From: a bacterium
GTDB taxonomy: Bacteria; Zhuqueibacterota; Zhuqueibacteria; Oceanimicrobiales; Oceanimicrobiaceae
DNA: 20,802 nucleotides
Direction of reading: 5' to 3'
Assembly: GCA_037446635.1 (NCBI GenBank)
Contig: JBBIIG010000066.1
Coordinates: forward strand, 1 to 20,802
Shown here: positions 8,506 to 15,986 of the stretch, piece by piece
Layout of the letters: each line of letters opens with the position of its first letter
How positions within the stretch are numbered: the first letter of the stretch is position 1
Position numbers and translations under genes: made by a program
Notes under the pieces: model-generated
Told to the model about the DNA's origin: nothing
Database searches by the model: none
Seen by the model: the letters and a program-made list of their open reading frames with translations, nothing else

Positions 8506-10995
8506 CTACGATCTTTGATTTGCTTTAATGATTCGCTCGCGCCTTTTTCGGCTGATTGAAATTACTGCGATCGCGCCCAAAAAAAGCACGCTGGATATAG
8601 ATAAAGTAACGTCATAAACCTTTGATTGCGGTTGCACGAATTCGTAACGGCACGAATTGCGTTCGTTGCCAAACGCCTGCCCCCAAATGACGCTGTTTTT
8701 GGCGATGCTGGAATTGGTTTGAATTTTATAAACGTTTAGATCGCGGCGAATGAGAAAAACGTTGAGATAACCGTCGCTGCCGACGTCGCCGGCCAGCGCC
8801 GCGGAGACAGCAGGATTATCCGGTTTTTTGATTTCATAAAGAATTTTGCCGTCGCGGCCGTTGACGATGGCCGCGACGCCGTTGCTGAGCGAGACGACGA
8901 GATCGTGGACGCCGTCTTTGTTGAAATCGACCGGAGTCAGCGGCGCTGCGATCTCATTCAAACCAAAATCGGTTTGCCACAAGGCGATTTTGCGGTTTTG
9001 CGGATCCGCGGAGCCTTTGATGACTTTCACGAAGTGGCGGGAAGCGAGCGCCACGTCTTCCAGTTCGTCGTCGTCAAATTTCCCGGCCGCCGGCGCCGCC
9101 CAGGCGCCCGCGCCTTCCGGCTCGATTTGCTCGTGCCAGAGCCGGCTGAAGCTGCCGCCTTCCAGCGCCAGGTACCAGCCATTGGCGCCGCCCACTACTA
9201 AATCCAGAGCGCCGTTGCCGTTCAAGTCGGCGATCGCCGCTGGTTGGCGAATTTCAAAATTGCTGATGGGCGAGCCGGTGGCTTTGCTCAATTCTTCTTT
9301 TAGATCCAAAACTTTGGTGACGCCGCTGCCCTCGAGCACGATGAGCTGGCCTTCTTCGCTGCCGATGAAAACTTCGCTGCGGCCGTCGCCGTTGCCGTCC
9401 ACTGCCGACGGCGCGCTCAGAATTTTCACGCCGCTGTCGATGGTTTTCCAATCCATCTCGTTGACGTAGGCGATGCCAATATGGATTTGGCCGGCCGCGG
9501 TGCACACCACCACGTCTCGCAAGCCGTCGCCGTTCAAGTCCGCGGCGACCGGTGCTCCGGAGATGGTTTCGCCTAAAATTGGGCTGAGCCAAATTTCGGC
9601 GCCGTTGACGCCATCGAGAGCGCGCAGCCGGGAATCGCGGCCAACCACCAGCACATCCAACTGGCCGTTGGCGTTGAGATCGACCAAAACGATGGGGATG
9701 GCGTTTTGAACCCCAATCTGTTCATTCATCCAGAGAATTTTTTTGGAGACGCCATCGATCGCGATCAGATTTTGCTGGTGATCGGTGAAGATCACGTCTG
9801 GCTTGCCGTCGCCGTTCAAATCGCCTAACGCGAGGCTGGAGCGCAGGCCTGCGCCGGCAGGCAGGTTGGCGTTTGCACTTGGCGCTGGGCTGCCTGCCTG
9901 TGACTTGCGGTCGCCCTGGTACCAGGTTTCTTCGATGAATTTCAGCTCGCCCGGTTTTTTGTTGGCGGCCAGGCGATTCATGCTGCCAAGCCCGAGCGCG
10001 CCGACGGCGAGCAGTCCGGTCGCAATCGTGAGCAGAGTTCCCAGGCGATGGGCGTTGCGCATCCACCACACGCCGGCTTTACGCGGCGGCGAGAAGTCCG
10101 GATTGGCTGCGGAGGTAAGCCGGAAGATTGTGCTCTTCTGGTCGCTGACAATTTCGATTTCATCTCCTTCTTCGATGGGGATTTCATCGTCCGTGCTTAA
10201 TTTGATTTGGTTGACGTACGTGCGGGTTTTGCTGCGTTTGTCGGTGATGTAAAAGCGGCCGTTTTTGCAGGAGATGGTGGCGTGCCGGCGCGAGATGCTG
10301 GGATCCAGCGCGCCTTTGTCGTTCACGCGGATGACGATATCGTTCAGCGAATTGTCGCGGCCGATGCGGGTGTCGCCCTCATTCAACGAAAAAGTTTTTC
10401 CGGTGTAGGGGCCGTAGATGGCAGTCAGCTGATATGAGGTCGCGGCGCTGTTTTTCCCAACCAGCGAGGGTTTGGGTTCCGCTTGCGGCGGCGTTTGCAG
10501 ATCGTCCGGCGTTGGCTCGGTCTCAAAATATTCCTCCGCGTCAGGGCCGTCAACCTTGGCGGCGGGCGGCCCGTCATTCACGGCGACCTCGCCGGCAGAG
10601 GAAAGGGAGAACGCGCTGTTGATAAATTTTTTATCTAAATAATCCTCGTCGATGACTTCGATTTCGTCGCCGGCAGAGCTCAGGCTCGCCGGTTCGCGGG
10701 TGTGATTCACGAACAACATGCTGAGCTCGCCGACGGCGATTTCGTCGCCCTGCACCATTTGCACGCGCTTCAAAAGCGGGCGGCCGTTAATGATAGCGCC
10801 GAGTTCGTTTTCAAGCGTTTCCAGGTAGTAGTTGCCATTGGAGTACTCTATTTTTAGATGGCGAGCGGAGACCGATTTTTCCGCGAGCACGAGGTCGTTT
10901 TCGGGATGCGAGCCCAGGGTAAATTGCGCCCGCCCGGGTTCCAGCTCGAAAACGTTCACCAGTTCGGCTTTTCTTTTTACAATCAATTTTGCCAT
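8506..10995 (-). CDS. Tandem FHA domains + TM + FG-GAP/PQQ-like beta-propeller + C-terminal TM
   Basis: FHA1 (LGSHPENDLVL..SVSARH), FHA2 (IGRD...SISRRHATI...TYVN); TM LGTLLTIATGLLAVGALGLG; eight DxNxDG-like repeats; second TM followed by RKRRER. Confidence 0.9.
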   Translation of the reverse strand: MAKLIVKRKAELVNVFELEPGRAQFTLGSHPENDLVLAEKSVSARHLKIEYSNGNYYLETLENELGAIINGRPLLKRVQMVQGDEIAVGELSMLFVNHTREPASLSSAGDEIEVIDEDYLDKKFINSAFSLSSAGEVAVNDGPPAAKVDGPDAEEYFETEPTPDDLQTPPQAEPKPSLVGKNSAATSYQLTAIYGPYTGKTFSLNEGDTRIGRDNSLNDIVIRVNDKGALDPSISRRHATISCKNGRFYITDKRSKTRTYVNQIKLSTDDEIPIEEGDEIEIVSDQKSTIFRLTSAANPDFSPPRKAGVWWMRNAHRLGTLLTIATGLLAVGALGLGSMNRLAANKKPGELKFIEETWYQGDRKSQAGSPAPSANANLPAGAGLRSSLALGDLNGDGKPDVIFTDHQQNLIAIDGVSKKILWMNEQIGVQNAIPIVLVDLNANGQLDVLVVGRDSRLRALDGVNGAEIWLSPILGETISGAPVAADLNGDGLRDVVVCTAAGQIHIGIAYVNEMDWKTIDSGVKILSAPSAVDGNGDGRSEVFIGSEEGQLIVLEGSGVTKVLDLKEELSKATGSPISNFEIRQPAAIADLNGNGALDLVVGGANGWYLALEGGSFSRLWHEQIEPEGAGAWAAPAAGKFDDDELEDVALASRHFVKVIKGSADPQNRKIALWQTDFGLNEIAAPLTPVDFNKDGVHDLVVSLSNGVAAIVNGRDGKILYEIKKPDNPAVSAALAGDVGSDGYLNVFLIRRDLNVYKIQTNSSIAKNSVIWGQAFGNERNSCRYEFVQPQSKVYDVTLSISSVLFLGAIAVISISRKRRERIIKANQRS

Positions 10996-11006
10996 GGCTG
11001 TTTCCG

Positions 11007-13583
11007 TTATTGTTTAGTAAGATTGAATTCGATCATGTTTAAGCCTGCCGCCTGAATCATCGCCGACTGCTCCTGATAACGATAGCCGCTTTTGCTGGTG
11101 CGGAAAACATAGAGTCCCGGCGGCAGGTTGCCGCTGCAGGTGCCGTCGCTGTCCGTGATGTTAAACAACATTTCTCCGGCGCGCGGTTTATCGAGGGATT
11201 TATAACGAATCTCGACGTTGCCCAACGGCCGCTTCGTTTGCGCGTCGAGAATTACCACCGTCACCTCCCCGTCCAGCGGCTCCATGAGTGCCGTCACTTC
11301 GCGATCGTTGGGGGAAATCTTTATTCTGGCGTCGCGGTAGCCTTTTTTTGAAAAGAACGCTTCGTATTCCACCGGCTGCAGGTTGATTGCGGTGGGCGTC
11401 GTGCGCCGGCGAACCACCACGCGATCGTTGCGCACGATCTTGGTGATGCTGGCGCCGAGGTCTTTGGTTTTGCCGTTGGTGGCGTCGAAGGCCGCGAATT
11501 TCACCGGCCGGCTGAGGGCCGCAAAGATTTGCAGCGGCGTGGTCTCGCCGACGGTCAGGTTGATCATCTCCGGGATGAAGCCCTCTTTGCGCAGGGTGAT
11601 TTTATGCGGCTGGGCGGTCAAAAAGATTTTTGTTTGGTCGCCGGTTTTGCCAATCGGCTCAGCGCTGTTGTTCAAATAAATCAGCGCCTCCGGCGGGTTG
11701 GATTGGAAGGTAAAAAACTTGCCAAACAATCCGGTCGCTTTATAGGCCGTGGCCGGCTCGCGCTTCATTTCGAAGCGCCACAAGCGGCGGTCTTCGATTT
11801 CTTCCACTCCTTTTTCAGTATTCAAGCTGAAGCCGCTTAAGTTTGCGAAGCCGGCTTTGCGCAATTCGAGCCGGCACGCTTCGCCCACTTCCAGCGTCAC
11901 CGAGCACGGCGTGTTCAGGCCGTATTTGACGCCGTTGATATAGACTTCGGCATCGGGCGGCGAGGATTCGATTTCGAGCGTGGTTTTGAAGCGGAAGAGG
12001 TAGGGCTGGTTGCCGCGGCGCGCCGGCTCGCCCTGGATTTCCGCCGCGCCTTTGCTGGGCACGTGAATAGATTTGAGAATAGGCTTGTAGCCCTCGGCGA
12101 CTAATTTTAATTCATAGACGCCGGGCTTGATTTTGTCGATCGCCAGCGGCGTTTTTCCAGGCAGCGCCTCGTTGTTCAAATAGACGGCTGCGCCGGCTGG
12201 CGCCGATTCGATTTTGATGGCCGGCGGAAAGAGCGCGTCGTAGGCCTGCGTTCCCAGCGCCGTCCACTGCAGGAACACATCCAAAACGAAGAAAGCGGCG
12301 GCGGCAGCGAGCGCGATGATCCCGCCTTTGACGAACATTTTCTTGTGGCCGCGTTCGGAGAGCCGCACCACGTCGATCACGGTTTTGATCTCGTCCCCGA
12401 CTTCGGTGAGGGTTTGAGTAAATTCCGTTTCTTTATTTGTCGCCGTCGGCCCCGCGACGGCGGCGTTTTCCAACTCGATGGTTTCGGGGTAGCTCGCCGC
12501 GGGTTCGTCCAACTCAAGCGGTTCGCTCTCCGCCTCGTTGTCGAATTCTGCGACGGCTTTCAAATCTTCCTCAAAAAAGGCCTCCGTTTCTTTTCCGTAA
12601 AACGGATCGGTATCCGCAATCTCCAACATATCCGCCCATTCATCGGGCTGCTGACGCTCGTCGTTGGTGAAACGCGCTACCCATTCCGCTATTTCCTGAT
12701 CGATGTTCGTGGTGTCGGCGTTCAGCACCAGAAACGTCATGAGGTCGATGTAGAGCTGGTTGGCGTTTTGATAGCGCCGCTCCGGCGATTTTTCCAGCGT
12801 GCGCGCGAGAACGTTTTGCAGGGGTTTGGGCGTATTCTTGAAATCCTTCAGCTTCAATTTGCCGTTTTTGAGGATGTCAATAATTTTCTGGCTCTCCTCG
12901 GTCAGGAAGAAGCGCTTGCCTTCGAGGATTTCGTACAGCACCAATCCCAGCGAGAAAAGATCGGAGCGTTTGTCAATTTCCAAATTCATATCCACGTGTT
13001 CCGGGGACATGTATTGCACCTTGCCCTGCAGGGTGACAGAGTTTTCTTCCTGCAGCGCTTTTTTCTGCACGCCGGCGATGCCGAAGTCGATGAGCTTGAT
13101 GACGCCGTGTTTGGAGATCATGATGTTGCTGGGGGAGATGTCCTGGTGCACCAAGTTCAGCGGCTCGCGGCGATCGCGGCCGATGCAGTTGTGGGCGTAA
13201 TCCAGCGCCTTGCACACTTCCGCCGCGATGTGCACGCCGAGGTGCGGCGGCAGTGGCTGGCCGCGCTTCAGGCATTCCAACAGCAAACGCCCCAAATCGA
13301 TGCCATCGATGTATTCCATGATGATGTAAAACTGGCGATCATCGTGCTGCACCAGATCGAAAATATGCACGATGTTGTGGTGGTTCATCTTCGCGACGTT
13401 GCGCGCCTCTTTCTGAAATTGCTCGACGTACCAATCGTCTTTCAATAGCTCCGGCTTGATTTCCTTGACGGCGATGTCTTTGCCGAGCACGCTGTCGTAG
13501 CCTTTGTAGATGATGCCGAACCCTCCTTTTTTAATAATCGAGAGGAGTTGGTAGCGGTTGTTCAGAACCTTGAGAGCTTCCAT
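11007..13583 (-). CDS. Membrane Ser/Thr protein kinase with extracytoplasmic PEGA repeats and carboxypeptidase-regulatory-like domain
   Basis: KGGFGIIY, IAVKE, HQDISPSN, DFG, YMSPE, SDLFSLG; acidic linker; TM GGIIALAAAAAFFVLDVFL; PEGA repeats (IESAPAGAAVYLN, IESSPPDAEVYING, QSNPPEALIYLN); terminal TDSDG..LPPGLY..SKSGY domain. Confidence 0.95.
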   Translation of the reverse strand: MEALKVLNNRYQLLSIIKKGGFGIIYKGYDSVLGKDIAVKEIKPELLKDDWYVEQFQKEARNVAKMNHHNIVHIFDLVQHDDRQFYIIMEYIDGIDLGRLLLECLKRGQPLPPHLGVHIAAEVCKALDYAHNCIGRDRREPLNLVHQDISPSNIMISKHGVIKLIDFGIAGVQKKALQEENSVTLQGKVQYMSPEHVDMNLEIDKRSDLFSLGLVLYEILEGKRFFLTEESQKIIDILKNGKLKLKDFKNTPKPLQNVLARTLEKSPERRYQNANQLYIDLMTFLVLNADTTNIDQEIAEWVARFTNDERQQPDEWADMLEIADTDPFYGKETEAFFEEDLKAVAEFDNEAESEPLELDEPAASYPETIELENAAVAGPTATNKETEFTQTLTEVGDEIKTVIDVVRLSERGHKKMFVKGGIIALAAAAAFFVLDVFLQWTALGTQAYDALFPPAIKIESAPAGAAVYLNNEALPGKTPLAIDKIKPGVYELKLVAEGYKPILKSIHVPSKGAAEIQGEPARRGNQPYLFRFKTTLEIESSPPDAEVYINGVKYGLNTPCSVTLEVGEACRLELRKAGFANLSGFSLNTEKGVEEIEDRRLWRFEMKREPATAYKATGLFGKFFTFQSNPPEALIYLNNSAEPIGKTGDQTKIFLTAQPHKITLRKEGFIPEMINLTVGETTPLQIFAALSRPVKFAAFDATNGKTKDLGASITKIVRNDRVVVRRRTTPTAINLQPVEYEAFFSKKGYRDARIKISPNDREVTALMEPLDGEVTVVILDAQTKRPLGNVEIRYKSLDKPRAGEMLFNITDSDGTCSGNLPPGLYVFRTSKSGYRYQEQSAMIQAAGLNMIEFNLTKQ

Positions 13584-13592
13584 GATTTTACC

Positions 13593-14768
13593 TTATTTGC
13601 TTCGATACAAAAGTTCTACGCGCGGCCGTCCGTCCGTGGCGCGGAACAGTCGTGGAAAATAGGGTGGAGTTTGAGCGCGCAGCCGATCATCGTAAACATG
13701 AGTTAAGTTGTAACCCAAGCCCAATACACTAAATTCCTCGCCGTTCCTCTGCCCGATAGATCCCAAAATGGTCAACGTTTTGATGGGCAGCGAGCTTCTA
13801 TATGGTACGCGCACATATTCTCTGGCTAAGAGCGCGCCGTGAATCTCCAAATCGGTATTTTTGTTGATGATGATATCGTTCTGCGCAACCAGGCCCAGCA
13901 AATCGGTAGAAGTGGGATCGACGCGGGGATCGGTGAGATAGCGAATGTCGCCTTCGATGTACAGGTTTTCGTCGCTTAAGACGGTGAACTGGCCGGTGAA
14001 GGTTCCTTCTACGTGAAGATGTTTGTCATTGGTGGTTCGAACCCCCTGGTAATCCGCCACATTGTTGGTGTGTTCAATTGTTGCGGTTGAGCAGGCAAAG
14101 GTGCCGTCGCCGTTGAACATAACCCACAATTCCTGGTTATGCACGTGGCCAAAGGCAGACAGCGAATCTTCCAGGCCAGTTAGGGAAGGATAAGGGACGA
14201 AGGAACAGCCGAATTCTGCTCCGCCAAAAAATTGCGGCGAGGCGCTGACCACGACAGTGTAAGATGAATTAGTGGAAGATACTTTTCCGAGGAACACCGG
14301 GCTGCCGCTGATCCGAATGCTTTGATTAGAATGAATGGGCGCGGGAATGGTGTCGCCGGTTACAAAGGTCTTCCAAGTCGGCCAGTCGCGGGAGAGATAG
14401 TAGTAGTATGAATACGCCGGCTGCATCAACTCGACGATGGTGGTGTCGCTTTCCTTGCCAAATGTGGAGACTGCCGTAACTCTTATCCGCTTGGCCTGGG
14501 TAGCGGAATCGGCGGTGACCTTGGCCACACTCGTGGAGTAGGTTGCGCCGTTGAAGCTGCCGCTGAGCGTTCCTAAATTATTGAAATCCTGAATTAGTCG
14601 TGAAGCCGCCACGTTGGCGACGCTCTCGGCAGCGTTTTGCGCCATCCACTTTTCGTACTGAATCGCAATCGCATCCGTGGAGCGCGATTGGTTGGCGGAG
14701 AGGTTAAACATCACCACGCTAAAAATGGTCGAGAAACCAACGACGATAATCATCAATGCTTTTCCCAT
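13593..14768 (-). CDS. PilX/GspK-like large minor pilin
   Basis: N-terminal hydrophobic helix then AQNAAESVANVA (PilX-like AxxxAESG pattern); beta-rich C-terminus (LHVEG, LYIEGDIRY, LGLVAQNDI, YDDRL..TPPYFP). ATG at 14768 preferred over TTG at 14774. Confidence 0.7.
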   Translation of the reverse strand: MGKALMIIVVGFSTIFSVVMFNLSANQSRSTDAIAIQYEKWMAQNAAESVANVAASRLIQDFNNLGTLSGSFNGATYSTSVAKVTADSATQAKRIRVTAVSTFGKESDTTIVELMQPAYSYYYYLSRDWPTWKTFVTGDTIPAPIHSNQSIRISGSPVFLGKVSSTNSSYTVVVSASPQFFGGAEFGCSFVPYPSLTGLEDSLSAFGHVHNQELWVMFNGDGTFACSTATIEHTNNVADYQGVRTTNDKHLHVEGTFTGQFTVLSDENLYIEGDIRYLTDPRVDPTSTDLLGLVAQNDIIINKNTDLEIHGALLAREYVRVPYRSSLPIKTLTILGSIGQRNGEEFSVLGLGYNLTHVYDDRLRAQTPPYFPRLFRATDGRPRVELLYRSK

Positions 14769-14779
14769 TTTCAAACGCC

Positions 14780-15358
14780 CTAAAGATTGGTGTTCGGAAT
14801 ACGATACAGGCTTTTGGGAGTCATCCGTTTTTCCCAGATGGCGCGGGCGTAGCTGCCATCATATTGAATGGTACTTTCAACCGTGAGCAAAACGTGTGTC
14901 ATATGCACGTTCATTACGTTTGTGGTTGTGCCGCCGGTGCGATTGAGCAATGTTAGTCGAAATCTCCGCACCCCCGCCGGCTCGCCGATGGTGGTATCGG
15001 AGTTGACGATGCGATATAAAATGCGGTCGTTGGGATTTTCCGTGGCGGCAGCCGCAGCGGTGTTGCTGAGGGCATAACGTACGGTTTCAGCAACCCCGTC
15101 GTCATCGATGTCGCCCAAAAAGGTAATAGACGAGGTATCGGCCGCCAGAATCGCCAGCGCCGGCGAGCTCACGCCGCTGCCGATTCGTTGGAAATCATGC
15201 GTGATGATTTCCATGAACGACGCCGCCGTCTCCTGGGCCAGCAATTCAAACATTCTGTTGTGGGAGTAATCCACCACGCCGCCGTGAAACGACAATAGCC
15301 CCAACAGAAAAATGCCGCCAATGACGATGCTGCCAATGAGAGTAAGGTTCGAGTCCAT
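14780..15358 (-). CDS. PilW/GspJ-like minor pilin
   Basis: Hydrophobic N-terminal helix, IITHDFQRIG (PilW-like DLRxAG), SITFLGDIDDDGVAETVRY, LYR; middle gene of a three-gene cassette after the secretin. Confidence 0.7.
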   Translation of the reverse strand: MDSNLTLIGSIVIGGIFLLGLLSFHGGVVDYSHNRMFELLAQETAASFMEIITHDFQRIGSGVSSPALAILAADTSSITFLGDIDDDGVAETVRYALSNTAAAAATENPNDRILYRIVNSDTTIGEPAGVRRFRLTLLNRTGGTTTNVMNVHMTHVLLTVESTIQYDGSYARAIWEKRMTPKSLYRIPNTNL

Positions 15359-15363
15359 AGTTT

Positions 15364-15849
15364 CTAAAGATTCTTTTGAAAAGCAAACACGTAGCGCGCC
15401 ACCACCGGGTTCGTTAAGTAGGGCGTGGTTACCGTTACCTGCATTCTTTTGTAGAATGTCCTAGTGCCAGCGCTGACATCGAGATTGGTGTCAGCCACGT
15501 AAGTGAAGGCAATGTTGACAGTCATATTGCCCAGGTCCGAGACGAACGTAGTTGGCGCCTCCACGAAGTCATCCACGTCATCAAAGTTTGGGTAGGCTTC
15601 AGTTCCATCCGCTTTCAAAGGATTAATAAAAGCCGTTGGGCTGGTTACCAGCGTGTTAATGGCCTTTTCGTCAAATTCTTTGGTTTTGGCTTCCTCAATG
15701 AATCGCTGCGCCATGCTCAAGGCATAAAACTCCGCCTGCCGCTGATATACCGCCTCCGTGTTGCGCACGGTGTTCTGGTTAATTGCCAGCGAGGTCATCG
15801 CAAACGCTACAATAGCGCCGAGAGTTAGTAGTAGTTCCTGGTGTCCCAT
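15364..15849 (-). CDS. PilV/MshD-like minor pilin
   Basis: Hydrophobic N-terminal helix, ALSMAQRFIEEAKTKEFDE, FDDVDDF and KRMQVTVT, a pattern seen in MshD/PilV-like proteins. Confidence 0.7.
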   Translation of the reverse strand: MGHQELLLTLGAIVAFAMTSLAINQNTVRNTEAVYQRQAEFYALSMAQRFIEEAKTKEFDEKAINTLVTSPTAFINPLKADGTEAYPNFDDVDDFVEAPTTFVSDLGNMTVNIAFTYVADTNLDVSAGTRTFYKRMQVTVTTPYLTNPVVARYVFAFQKNL

Positions 15850-15863
15850 GGCATTACTGTTAT

Positions 15864-15892
15864 GTGCCAGGCACTTTTAAAGTGCCTGGCAC
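15864..15892. repeat. Perfect 14-bp inverted repeat (REP-like hairpin)
   Basis: GTGCCAGGCACTTT-T-AAAGTGCCTGGCAC; each arm contains the interrupted palindrome GTGCC(A/T)GGCAC. Confidence 0.85.
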
Positions 15893-15920
15893 GTTTTAGG
15901 GTTTTCAGTTTTTTTTTAAG

Positions 15921-15979
15921 ACCCCACCCTTCCGCGAAGCGGATCCGGTTTGGCGGAAACCCTCTTCTGCAAGAGAGAG
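15921..15979. repeat. REP-like element interrupted by a double hairpin
   Basis: ACCCCACCCT [TCCGC-GAA-GCGGA TCCG-GTTTGG-CGGA, 15931-15957] AACCCTCTT-CTGC-AAGAGAG. Confidence 0.5.
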
Positions 15980-15986
15980 ATTTTTT

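Noticed and set aside
8506..10000. Calling the propeller protein PilY1
   Set aside because: It has cytoplasmic FHA domains and two TM helices, with no signal peptide or vWA domain.
14769..14774. TTG start for the PilX-like gene
   Set aside because: The ATG at 14768 is better spaced from the upstream AGGG; neither start yields a canonical prepilin leader.
15909..15917. Phase-variable T9 tract
   Set aside because: Similar A/T runs occur throughout the window and no promoter boxes clearly flank this one.
15850..15986. c-di-GMP riboswitch or intrinsic terminator ahead of the pilins
   Set aside because: No riboswitch consensus recognised by eye, and the hairpin has no U-tract on the coding (minus) strand; an Rfam scan would settle it.
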